Assembly: GCF_009914755.1 (NCBI RefSeq)
Contig: NC_060926.1
DNA: 64,000 nucleotides
Strand: one strand, 5' to 3'
From: the human T2T-CHM13v2.0 reference genome, Homo sapiens
Below the pieces are notes generated by a model. The model did no database searches, had not been told where the DNA came from, and saw only the letters and a program-made list of their open reading frames with translations. The translations under genes and the position numbers were made by a program. Below are positions 1 to 13,115 of the stretch, one piece after another; positions within the stretch are counted from its first letter, which is position 1, and each line of letters starts with the position of its first letter.

Positions 1-283
1 ATGTACTTCAAAATCAATTTCCACATACAAGCATTTTACACATTTATAAACAGATAAATCAGACCTTGTGTCTAAAAGAAAGAACTGTATTTATATACCA
101 TAAGATTACACTGCAAAAGACTAAAAATAACCTAAATATTCAAAAGTTTCATATCAAGTCTACAATATAATATACAATCTTAAAATTATCATTATGAAAA
201 TCATTTGTATGATTTTAAGAACACAAAATAGAATTATTATACATGATGTAGAATAATGCATATTTTTATATAGGTATATTCTA

Positions 284-611
<328 letters not shown>

Positions 612-1070
612 GTATACACATGTGAACCAAGACTGAAAGGGAACAAGTTAAAATAGCAGAATATGTGACTAGACTTTTAGGTGACTTTATCCCCTTTTTC
701 AATTATCATTAATAAATTGCTTAAATATTTATATGAGTTTCAAAGTAAACATTTACTACCAATTTACAGACTGCTAATTTTTCCAATGTTGGAATGGTAT
801 ATATAGGGCCATGGGCATCAGTGGAGCCAGCGGATATTTTAAACCAGAATTTAGAGTTGGTTTTTAAGTGTATGCACCTTCTCAAGTCTTGAAGATTGAA
901 GTTGGAATCAAACTCCCTTGAATGTAAGAAAGCTTGCATTTGGGGAAAACTATGCAGATCAAACATCTGCAGAATAAAGTTCTCTCTAATAGGAGAGGCC
1001 TTTCTAATGAATGAATTTAAAGATATACATCCAAGTGCATATTGTGCTCCAGAGTATCTTAAATACTTAC

Positions 1071-1214
1071 CTTCATCTGCCCTATTAATTTCATGTTCAG
1101 GAAGCCTGGAGCTGCTGGGTCTGGAAGGTGAACCCACAGATGGCTGCAATGAAGGAAGTTCATCAACATCTCTCAAATTAGCAAGCATATCTTGTAGTTT
1201 TGACCTATTGGGCC
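1071..1214 (-). CDS. STRN: Striatin coding exon 9 (144 nt, symmetric phase 1-1)
   Basis: TAG|GGCCC...GAAG|GTAAGT; PNRSKLQDMLANLRDVDELPSLQPSVGSPSRPSSSRLPEHEINRADE; overlaps ORF 721..1188(-). Confidence 0.98.
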
Positions 1215-1658
1215 CTAGCCAAAAAAAGGGGGGGTGGGAGGAGATAAAAAAGAGAAAAGAGAATTATCCAATTGCATCAAAATGGTATTATAAGCCTTAT
1301 TTTCCATCTGTCAATATTTACCTTTAAAAATATTCTACTAGATTAATAAGAATTATTTTCAAGTTTTCAAATTACTGTAAAAGTTTATTTCTTGAAAAGA
1401 ATTATACTTTTTAAATTAAGCAAATGGGATATCACTATTTACATAAAAAAGAATGCTCGTGTCCAGTTAGACCATGAAAAATAACATTCTTTAGCCACTG
1501 AATATTGCTCTAAATGCAGCCAGATACAGATTGTGAGCCTACTGTGCACTGAATTAAACAGTAACATCCCTGTTTGTTTAAATTAAGTTGCATTAATTGC
1601 CTTACATCCTGAAGCTATGGTACCCGAGGTGAAGTCTCATGCCCTACCGATTACTTAC

Positions 1659-1745
1659 CTAAACTTTGATTCTTCATTCTCCCACATCCCTGTTTTGACT
1701 GTTTTATATAGGATAGAGGCTGAAACAGATCTTCAGTAGTTTTTC
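1659..1745 (-). CDS. Candidate alternative cassette exon, 87 nt, in STRN intron 8
   Basis: AACAG|GAAAAAC...GTTTAG|GTAAGT; multiple of 3 and open in phase 1: (R)KTTEDLFQPLSYIKQSKQGCGRMKNQSL(G). Confidence 0.5.
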
Positions 1746-2394
1746 CTGTTACAAGTTTAATTAAGAATGGGAAAATCTTACCCAAAGTCTGTTATGGTTT
1801 GTTCCTATACCAGCAAAGAATACAACTATTTTTAAGCAATTTTTACTAATGCCTAGAAATGTATTTCAAGATGGTATGATTGGAGTACAGGATTTGACTG
1901 GAAATATCTCTACTAGACCACATTGAAAAGACTCAAACTTTTCCAATGAGTACTAGTTCAATTAAAAAAAAAAAATTTATGGTGGTTTATAACTCAATGC
2001 TTTATATATCAATTCAAAGCATGGCTTCAGTTCTATTTTTATCCTAAGTCTTTACTTGTTCCTAGATTGCTATTTTATCAAGATAACATGAACTGAAGAC
2101 ATTAAACAAAATGTGCTGAAATGTGTAGTCCCTCTCTCTTCAATGAAAGATGTTAAAATTTCTCCCTTACAGTGTCATTTTTCTTCACCATACTAAAAAA
2201 AAACCATGTGCTAGATGTCTGAACACATTTTAATCCCCCGATTTAAGAAATCCAATTGCTTCTATTAGTAGGAATATTGTTCCAGTCAAATGGTGCAGTT
2301 TCAGTTAAATTCCAACTACAGCAATGCCTTGATATTTGACAAGAACTGAATAATCAATGGAAAAGTAGATGGATTGTGCCTAAGTCCTGGTTAC

Positions 2395-2451
2395 CTTTCC
2401 AACTAAAGGATCTTTTGTATTTCAAGACATTCATTTTTGTAGCATAATGAC
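2395..2451 (-). CDS. Candidate alternative cassette exon, 57 nt, in STRN intron 8
   Basis: TTTTTCTTTAG|GTCAT...GGAAAG|GTAACC; multiple of 3 and open in phase 1: (S)HYATKMNVLKYKRSFSWK(G). Confidence 0.4.
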
Positions 2452-3854
2452 CTAAAGAAAAATATCAACATTAAGTTAATCTGGAAATTATTTCTCACAT
2501 ATGACATTCAAATTTTCCTCAAAATTTCAGTTTAACTGGTTTTTTGTCATGACTCTCAAAAGCCAAGACAAATCATCTCCCTATGCTTGTTAAGATTAAA
2601 TTGTCTATCAGTAAGTATATTTGGCGAAAAGGTATGAAATGTGCTTATGTTTTAATATTAATCTTTCTCATTCTGATTTAATCTATCTTGAGATAGCATT
2701 ACAACATCATCTCTCATTATGTAATGGTTTAACATCAATAACAGACACTGACTTTTTATCAAATCAAGCTAAACGCTTGTAATTTCTAAAATATTTTAAA
2801 TAAAGGTTTAAATGCTTTTAAGTAATAAAGTTTAAAAGAATGTCCTAACAGGAATGACTGGTCTTTAATAAGCTTTAGCATCACTACAGAGAGAGAAAAA
2901 GAAAAAGCATACCTTTCCAGTCTTTCGCAACTTTAAAATACATTTCTCACTAAGTTAGATTTTAATCTCACTTTATACTACCTTAACATCTCAAATAATC
3001 AAATTCCTATTACCATAAAAGGGAGGCCCATATTGTCAACGAGGGTAGAAACACAAGGAGGTAATTTAGCCTTGTTCCCCTAAGAAGATGATTTAAGACT
3101 GTTTTCAGGAATGGTTTGTAAGGTTTTGTATTTCCATTTTACATTCTTAACTAGATCCATTGCTAAACAATTTGCATAATGAAATAATTAAACATATATG
3201 ATTCACAGGGCTAGAAATTTCCTTTTGGATTTTGTTTTTGATGTGGCATACATTAAAAAGGAAAAAAGGTCATTGGTAATAATGTTATAAGTAAAATTGG
3301 CCAAAAATGTTTAAATAGAAAATAAATATTTTTAGAAGTTATATATTTGACTCTGTGCCCTGTATAGCATATAGTGGTATGAGCAAATGAACTGCATGTT
3401 ATGAACACATAGAATATTCAGGGGTAGAAATTAACTTTCTGTCACCAATGTCTAAAATTATAAGCAATAATTTTGGTGGATTGCCAGAGGGTCACACTAA
3501 ATGAGTTATAAATTGTCAATGAAAAAGAAAAACATTGTTATAATTAAGCACAGGTACTTTTAAAAATCAAATTATCACTGTGTTTGAATACATAGCCCAA
3601 CACTCATGAGGCTCTGGATTTATTATTGGGATATAGTATACATGATTCCATAAGTACATGTGGGTTGTTTTCTTTTAAGTTCATAATTAAATAGCTAATC
3701 ATTTAATTTCAACCCCTGAGAGCAGGTGAAAAGGAAAGAGGTCAGGAGCAGAAATGAAAAAGAGTAAGTAGATTTAGGAAAACATTGAAAAAAAAAACTG
3801 GGGGATGTAAAGAGGCAAGATTTATGATTTACAGATACAATGTTTTCCACTTAC

Positions 3855-3965
3855 TCTTCACCCCCTTTTTCCCCTTTCTCTCCTTTTTGTATTGTTCCTT
3901 GAGTTTGGTAATTACTCCCTGGTCCACATTCCAGGCTTCAGGCATGAGACACTGGTCTTCCTTTT
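3855..3965 (-). CDS. STRN: Striatin coding exon 8 (111 nt, symmetric phase 1-1)
   Basis: TAG|AAAAG...AAGA|GTAAGT; (E)KEDQCLMPEAWNVDQGVITKLKEQYKKERKGKKGVK(R); lies within ORF 3829..4017(-). Confidence 0.98.
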
Positions 3966-4180
3966 CTAAACAGAGTGAAACAAATGAAACAGCCTTTTTC
4001 AATAAAATATTGAACACTCTGAGTCAGTATGTCTGAATGACGTAACAACCACTTTCTTTATAGTATCACTAACTTAAAAAAAGTCAGTTTATTCATTTTA
4101 TATATATAAGTCACACAAAAAAATATAATCACTAAGAAGAAATGATCAGTGCAATTTCCTAGAATCAGTTTCTCCTGAAA

Positions 4181-4181
<1 letters not shown>

Positions 4182-4213
<32 letters not shown>
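4182..4213. repeat. (CA)n microsatellite
   Basis: About 16 AC units, ~220 nt upstream of the exon 8 acceptor; reads (UG)n in the pre-mRNA. Confidence 0.95.
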
Positions 4214-4218
<5 letters not shown>

Positions 4219-4273
4219 ATTTTAGTGATTTTTAGTAAATTAAGCACAAACACTTTACAATCAAGAACTTCTC

Positions 4274-4630
<357 letters not shown>

Positions 4631-5770
4631 GAACTTCTCGTTTTCAGAATTCCTCTAGGACTAACACAAAAAGACTTTGTATTAATTTATGTGATGAGAG
4701 AAAATTTTTATTTAGGGATTGTACAAAATAAACGCCAATGATCTTTTAAAGAAGTTTATATTTTTGCCATGTGTTCATTAGTAAGTGATAATTTTTATTT
4801 TACAGGCTTAATACATAGCATTTGAAAAATTTATTAATCAACCTTCATTTAAAATTTACAACTTAAATGATGTTAGTTTATAAATTCTTAAAACAGGAAA
4901 CTGAGTTTCTAGTAGTAAAGAAAATCAATAATCAATTGTCACTATTTCAAGAGAAGAAAATTTAAAGACTATGTTATGTATTTATATTTACTATAAAACA
5001 ATGTAAATACTATATAATGCTATGTAAATGTTAACTCAGAATGCTAGCTTGAACCCAAGACTGATACATCCAACTGTTCATTCTACATTTCCATTAGGAA
5101 GTCTAACAGATACCTCCAAGCAAACATACAAAACCAAACACCCAACCTCTCTCCCCATCCAATCTGTTCCATCCAAAGGGTTCCCCACCTTATTTGATGA
5201 CAATTCCATACGTGCACTTTTTCAGAGCAAAACCCATTCTTTCCCACTCCACATAAAATATATCAGGGAAAACTATTTTCTCTACCTTCACAAATATTCA
5301 GAATCTGGCTTCTCAGCACATCTACTACTACTCTGATCACTATGATCTCTTGCTAGGATTACTGCAATAATTGTTCCCCCTTCCCCAAGTCTATTATCAA
5401 CACTGGTTTCCCTGTGTAGTCTATTCTCAATGTAGCAGCCAAAGATGGTTTAAAATAAAAGATCGTGTCACCCTTCTTGCTCAAATCCCTCCCATGGCTC
5501 CCCATCTCACCACTGGTCTACATGGCTCAACATGATCTGGTCATTTCTTACTACATTCTCCCTAGAATCACTCTGCTCTAGCCACTCTGGCTCCCTTAAA
5601 TTTCTCAGGCATGCCAGGGATGCTGCTACTATCTTAAGGCATTTGCACTGGCTTTCTTCTTCCTGAACACTTCTTCCCCAGATGGCCAATTCCCTCATCA
5701 CGTCTTTTACTCAATTGTTATCTTCTCAATGGGGCTTATCATGGCCACTATATTTCATGGGTTTTTAATT

Positions 5771-5774
<4 letters not shown>

Positions 5775-5802
<28 letters not shown>
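5775..5802. repeat. (TG)n microsatellite
   Basis: Pure TG run. Confidence 0.95.
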
Positions 5803-5804
<2 letters not shown>

Positions 5805-5824
5805 TTTATTTACTTATCCATTTA

Positions 5825-6115
5825 TTTTTGAGGCAGAATCTCATTCTATCAAACCAGCTGGGGTGCACTGTCACAATCTCAACTCACTGCAGCCTTGACC
5901 TCCTGGGCTGAAGCGATCCTCCCACCTCTGCCCTGCAAGTAGCTGGGACAACAGGTGTGTACCACCATGCCCGGCTAATTTTTAAAAAATTTTTTGTAGA
6001 GATGAGGTCTCACTATGTTGCCCAGGCTGGTCTCAAACTCCTGGGCTCAAGCAATCTTCCCACCTCAGCCTCCCAAAGTGCTGGGATTACAGGCATGAGC
6101 CACTGCACCCAGCTA
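5825..6115 (-). mobile_element. Alu (J-like)
   Basis: Reverse Alu with J-type motifs (gcagccttgacctcctgggct, ctcactatgttgcccagg). Confidence 0.9.
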
Positions 6116-7535
6116 ACCACTCTATTTTGAATTGTAACCTGCCTTCTCTACCCCACACTGACCCCAGCTCTCTCTATCTCCCTTACTCTGTACTTTTTCT
6201 ACTTTCCATAGCATTTATCACCTTCTGACATACTATATCCTCTTAGTTGAATGTAAGCACCAGAAGAATAAGTATCTTCACCTAGAAAACCCAGCAAATA
6301 GAAAGCACTTGATCAATATTTGTTGAATGAATGATCCGAGTAAACCAAAGTGAATCATAATAAACAGAAATCTGTTTTTAATAATTTGAGTTTCAATCCA
6401 ATTTAGAAAACTGTTTCCTGGGCCTCTGAATATAATACTATTAAAAATCATTTTAAACAACATTTTTATATACTTAACTATAATCTATCAATAGGAGAAA
6501 CATTCTTTATTTTCCCAGAAAGACATAACAATTAAAAATGTTAATTTTCATCAATCAGGTCTTAATAATAAATTAAACTAGATGGCTTTTGGGTCCCCAG
6601 AATGTCTTCAGGTTTTTGAAGTTAAAATGTAGCCTTATAATCTTACTAGACTCATAAAAACAATAGCAATCATGGAAGATGTATGGTAAAATCTTTTTGC
6701 TTGCCAGAATCTAACCAGATTCTCAACCTAAGCATATTCTTCTTTTTTTTTGGGGGGGTGGGGGGGAGTAGAGTAGAAGACAGATGGAGAGAACCCTTAA
6801 AATCGTTTAAATGTTCACTCAATTAGACAAGATTTGCAACCTAGTTTTGTTAATTTGTTAAAAGTGAACCCTTTGAATCTGAATTATAAAATCCTAAAAC
6901 ATACAGGTCAAACTACTGGTAAAGAAACCTCCAGGAAACCGAAAGATTCCATTTACTCATGCTCACTAACAGAACTATCCAGCACACTACTAAAGAAGGA
7001 GACAACTCAGTTGTGAGAACAGTCAAGCATGTGACTCATATAATAGGCTAGGTAAAATGTACACACATGTATCATATAATACACTGAGCTATGACTCACA
7101 CGTTAAAGTAAAGGAAGTTACACAAGGAACAGTGCAGCTGTCCTCGGAGAAAAACCAATCTCCGGTACCCTTGCAATATGATTCACAATTAAAATGACCA
7201 ACTATATCTATGCAGATGTGTGATTCCTCAGAGAAAGACCTCAGTGTGGCACAGTAGATGCAGCTATGTTGGTGGACTTGCCTAAAATATGAGTAACTTG
7301 ATACACAAGCTCAGTAGGGAATAAGACAGAATAAAGGCCTGTTTCACTTTAACATCTCCTTGGTTTCCAGACTTGTTTTCTTGAAAGAAAAGCCAGTCAC
7401 TAGGTACCCACTGTATTCTTCAATGACTAAATAAGTATCTTTTATTTACTACAAAAAAAGGAAAAGAAGTGTCATTGGTACCATGACAGAGTCCCTGAAG
7501 GTAATGGCAAATTTACATGGTTTAAGCAAAAGTAA

Positions 7536-7973
<438 letters not shown>

Positions 7974-8081
7974 TAATTTTCAACTGAACACTAAGGGCAA
8001 GAAGAAGTCAGCTGGACTTAGAAGTATAATCAGTTTCTTCCTCTCATAGGAAGCTCCAACATAAAAGCAAAATAATACACT

Positions 8082-8315
8082 ACAGGTGACTATCCCTTAC
8101 CCGAAATGCTTGGGACTAGAAGTATTTCGGATTTCAAATTATTTTGGATTTTGGAATATTTGTACTATACTGGTTCAGCACCCCCCAATCCAAAAATCCA
8201 AAATCCAAAATGCTCCAATGCGTATTTTCTTTAAATATCATGGCAGTGCTCAAAAAGTTTCAGAATTTGGAGCATTTCAGATTTCGAATTTCACATCAGG
8301 GATAGACAGACAGCC
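8082..8315 (+). mobile_element. Tigger4a/MER46-like DNA transposon relic
   Basis: TA-CAGGTGACTATCCCTTACCCGAAATGCTTGGGACTAGAAG start; internal inverted motifs AAATGCTCCAA / TTTGGAGCATTT. Confidence 0.8.
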
Positions 8316-8376
8316 TTACTTAAGTAACTTACTTTAACACCTCAACAAGAAGAGTCATTAAAAGATTCAACAAATG

Positions 8377-8664
8377 GGACAGGCCTAGTGGCTCATACCT
8401 GTAATCCCAGCGCTTTGGGAGGCCAAGGCAGGCAGATCATTTGAGGCCAGCAGTTCAAGACCAGCCTGACCAACATGGTGAAACCCTGTCTCTACTAAAA
8501 TACAAAAAATAGCCGGGCGTGGTGGCAGGCGCCTGTAATCCCAGCTACTCTGGAGGCTGAGGCAGGGAACTGCTTGAATCCAGAAGGCGGAGATTTCAGT
8601 GAGCCAAGATTGCACCACTGCACTCTAGCCTGGGCAACAGAGTGAGACTCTGTCAAAAAAAAAA
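8377..8664 (+). mobile_element. Alu (S-like)
   Basis: Alu consensus; TSD AAAAGATTCAACAAATG. Confidence 0.95.
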
Positions 8665-9259
8665 AGATTCAACAAATGCCCTTATTATAATGGTTTCTGA
8701 TAAGTAAGGCGGGGTTGAGTCTACTTTGAATGCAAGGCAGAAAAATTAGCAACATAACATAATATCTCTTGTAGACCTTGTGCCACTGGGATTGTTCAAT
8801 ATTTACAGAGGAAGAACATTTCCTTGAGGTAAGCACAAATTAGTTTTACTGTAAAATGTTTCAGATGGAAAAAAGTTTACAAAAAATCTATTTTTGTCTG
8901 TTAAAAACATTAGGAAACCTTTTCCTTGAACTTATCTAGGAGAGTTTTCTTATCAGTCACTACATATAATGACCAAGCAATCATGAAGGAGAAAAAAGTT
9001 CAACAGAATTTTTAAATGAATGAGAGAAGGAAAAGGTATCTTACTTTTTTTCATTTTGGCTTTAGAACTCTTTCATTTTTCCTTCAGAGAAGAAATATAC
9101 CAAAAAAATAGGGATTTAATTAGTATTTCTGATGTGTGTAACTAAAAACGTAAAAAAAGTTCTTCATTTTAAGTAAAACACACTAAGTAACATTTAGACA
9201 GAATTAATACCTGTGTCCCAGTCTTATAGGCTGTGTTCTAGTTCTTGAAGGTATATTAG

Positions 9260-9590
9260 AATCTGTATTTATCCTAAGTAAATTAACATAGAAACAGAAA
9301 ACCAAATACTACATGTTCTCACTTATAACTGGGAGCTAAACAGTAGGCACTTAGGGACATAAAGATGGCAACAAAGACACCTGGGACTACTAGAGGCAGG
9401 AGGCAGGGAGGGCAGTAAGCGCTGAAAAACCAACTGATACGTAAGGGTACTATGCTCAGTACATGGGTGACAGTATCATTTACACCCTGAACTGCATCAT
9501 CACGCAATATACCCAAGTAACAAACCTGCAAATGTACTCCCAAAACTGAAAGTTGAAAAAGAAAAAAACAAACAAAAAACAAAAAAACAC
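9260..9590 (+). mobile_element. L1 3' end (L1PB/old L1PA-like)
   Basis: aaaaccaaatactacatgttctcacttataactgggagctaaac...gtaacaaacctgca followed by an A-rich tail. Confidence 0.85.
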
Positions 9591-9871
9591 TATTTATAAA
9601 TAGGGTAATCTGTATAATTTGGGACATGTATCTTTTTTATTGAGAAGAACACTCAATATTGAAAAGATAACAATTAGCTGCAAATTATTTACATATATAT
9701 GAAACTAAAATCTAATCTTCAGTTATTCACACAACATGAAGAAATAATTTTAAAATTCATATGGAGAATTCAAGTTCAAACATCATGAAAGGCTGGACCC
9801 AAACCAACAGATCCCTATCCTCTTCTGGGAAGAACATAATATAAAACCTAACTTTAAAAAAGTAAATACAA

Positions 9872-10212
9872 GGCTGGGAGCAGTGGCTCATGCTTGATAT
9901 CCCAGCACCTTGGAAGGCCGAGGCAGGCAGATCACCTGATGTTAGGAATTCGAGACCAGCCTGGCCAACATGGTGAAACCCTGTTACTACTAAAAATACA
10001 AAAATTAGCCAGGCCTGGTGGCGCACACTGTAGTCCCAGCTACTCAGGAGGCTGAGGCATGAGAATTGCTTGAACCCGGGAACTGGAAGTTGCAGTGAGC
10101 CAGGATCACGCCACTGCACTCAAGCCTGGGTGACAGAGTGAGACTCGGTATCAAAAAGCCACTGCACTCCAGCCCGGGTGACAGAGTGAGACTCGGTATG
10201 AAAAAAAAAAAA
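9872..10212 (+). mobile_element. Alu with duplicated 3' 48 bp
   Basis: Alu consensus; 10110-10157 repeated at 10158-10205. Confidence 0.95.
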
Positions 10213-11031
10213 GTAAATATACTGCTGAGCTAGAAAGAAAAACAATGAAAACTTTCAGGTGCCAGTAATAAAGCATAAACATAGCAGATCCTGCTGCTGC
10301 AACTCAGTCCTGGCTATAAGCCTTAATGCCTGTATAAAAAGTCAATATACAACTCTAAGTAAGATTTCTTTATATATGTTACAGACAATTAAAAATGTAA
10401 TTTCAGTATGGCACTGCTTTCAATAGCAAAAAAAAACCCTAAGAGTACTTTTAACGATTTATGCACAACATTTTTACAGGAAAAATTAAATGACCTTTTT
10501 TTTATGAGACGGATTTTCCCCAAAATACTTGTTTCAACTCTTATTAGGTGTTTAAAATATTTGATTTTTTAGAACATTTTTGAGAAGAAAAATTCTATGC
10601 CTTTTACGAACTGTCAAATCTTTATGATAAATGACTGACTACAATTTTTTAACTCATACTTCTTTTCGCATGTAAGATGTCAGCAATGAGATCTCCAAAA
10701 ATCCTCCAACTAAAGTCTCATAATCAATTTCCACAAAAATCTAGATTTGCAAGTTCCACTGTCTAAACAGAAAACAGAGAATATTCTGTATAGTAATTCA
10801 AATTCTTTTCATACTGTATTGTTGTTGTTTTTTTTTCTTTTTAAATGAGGTAGTTATACAATGTTCCTTAAACATACACACACATTCACCCTGGATAAAG
10901 GGTGCTAGTAGTAATAAGTTCACAGAATGCTCAATATTTCAACATTATAGTTAAGATGTTGCCCTCCTGGTAAAATATTAATTTCTTTTATTTACTTAAC
11001 ATCTCTGGTTGGATCCAGTATGCTTCCTTAC

Positions 11032-11167
11032 CCCAGTCTGTTCCATCGCCTGCACTTCTAGATTCATTGTCTCCTTCCTCTGATGTAACCAAGAAGTCAA
11101 ACTCCTTTAGAGCTTCTTTTGTATCTCGATCTTCACCGCTGTCAGGCAATGCTTTTTTCCTAACAAT
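11032..11167 (-). CDS. STRN: Striatin coding exon 7 (136 nt)
   Basis: TAG|ATT...TGGG|GTAAGG; IVRKKALPDSGEDRDTKEALKEFDFLVTSEEGDNESRSAGDGTDW; phase 0 to 1. Confidence 0.98.
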
Positions 11168-12179
11168 CTAATGAAAAAACATGCTAAATTAAATAAAGGA
11201 GATAGTTTCCCTTTACCACTGAATAAGAAAATTCAATTATTTTCTTCAGAAAGTATACGTTTGTTGTGTTAAATAACTGTACTACCTAACTCAGTGAAAA
11301 TCACATAGTTTTAAAAAATATGTACATTATAAATTTTAAAGCAGTAATTTAAACTTTGCTCAACGGTATTATGGCTTGTTTTAAGTAAACTAACGGAACC
11401 ACATACTGAAATATAAGACATGTACTGAAATGACAGATATACGATTTACAAGGTTCCCATAATTATTTCTACTGTCCTAACCTTGCATCAGTTTTCTCTA
11501 GTAGCTCTCCATGTATTTATTTTTTTCCCTAAAATGTTGATCTTTCAGAGTACATCTAACTTAGATTTAACAACAAATTGGTAAAGGTTGCTATGGTTCA
11601 TTTTTCTATATTTAGAAATAACTCTGGAATCACAAATCCAATTGAAGGGCTAAAACTTAAGCTGAATACATGCAGGGACAATTTTTGTGATCTACATGCC
11701 TAAGCTCTTTATGAACTGTCTCCATCTCAGTCACCTTTACCAACATGGGCCTAAAGAAATTAGGATGCTAGGTTTGCATTTTCTTTGAATAAGATTTCAA
11801 TATCTCAGTTTCTCTAGACTTCAGCTTACTCACTTCATGCAAAACAGAAATAACATGATAGGATCAAATGTTATCGCTGGGCTATTGTGAGTGGCTTAAA
11901 ATTATAAAAGTTTTACAGACAGACCAATAGGATAGACTAGAGAGTTGAGAAGTAGACCCCAAAGATGACAAACACGTGACTTGTATGGCCCTGTTCCCAT
12001 GCTGTTAATTGGTATCATTCATCAATCACAGCATTCTTCTTCAAAAACAAGATACAGCCTCAGAAATCCTTCTCAGTACAGCACTCCAAGAAGCCACTAC
12101 CAACAGAACAAAGGTGGCATCATAAACAACTCCTATCTAGCCTTAACTGTCCTGATACATATAAAAACTGTAAAGGAGT

Positions 12180-12492
<313 letters not shown>

Positions 12493-12762
12493 TCAAAGGA
12501 TTATTTAATGATGCTAGAATAATTTGTTTAACTATTTGGGATGTTTTCCTAAAATCAAGAAATACTTCTATGCTTACAGCACCTCCCAATCTACCATCTA
12601 GCAAATCTATTAGACAAACAAACAAAAAAAGCAAGATCAGTGTGGCAGACTGGGAACAGAAAACCCGTGCTGAATGTGTATTCTTTTATAAATACAAACC
12701 ATATTCTAATAATCTATTCTAATTTTCCCTAGGTAGCCAGACTAAGGTAGAAAGGTGTATCT

Positions 12763-13115
<353 letters not shown>

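Larger units (their letters stand above)
5040..6335 (+). mobile_element. LINE-2 3' region interrupted by (TG)n and an AluJ
   Basis: L2-like motifs (catccaactg..., ctctgctctagccactctggc, gcatttgcactggct) ending in aatatttgttgaatgaatga. Confidence 0.8.

Noticed and set aside
721-1070. Open frame continuing ~116 codons past the exon 9 donor
   Set aside because: Exon 9 has a consensus AAG|GTAAGT donor and the read-through peptide resembles nothing I know; an intron-retained terminal isoform cannot be excluded but has no support here.
896-1327. 143-aa plus-strand ORF
   Set aside because: Antisense shadow of exon 9 with a non-ATG start; no recognisable homology or promoter.
9045-9081. 37-nt pseudo-exon in intron 7
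   Set aside because: AAG acceptor, weak exonic donor context and an early stop.
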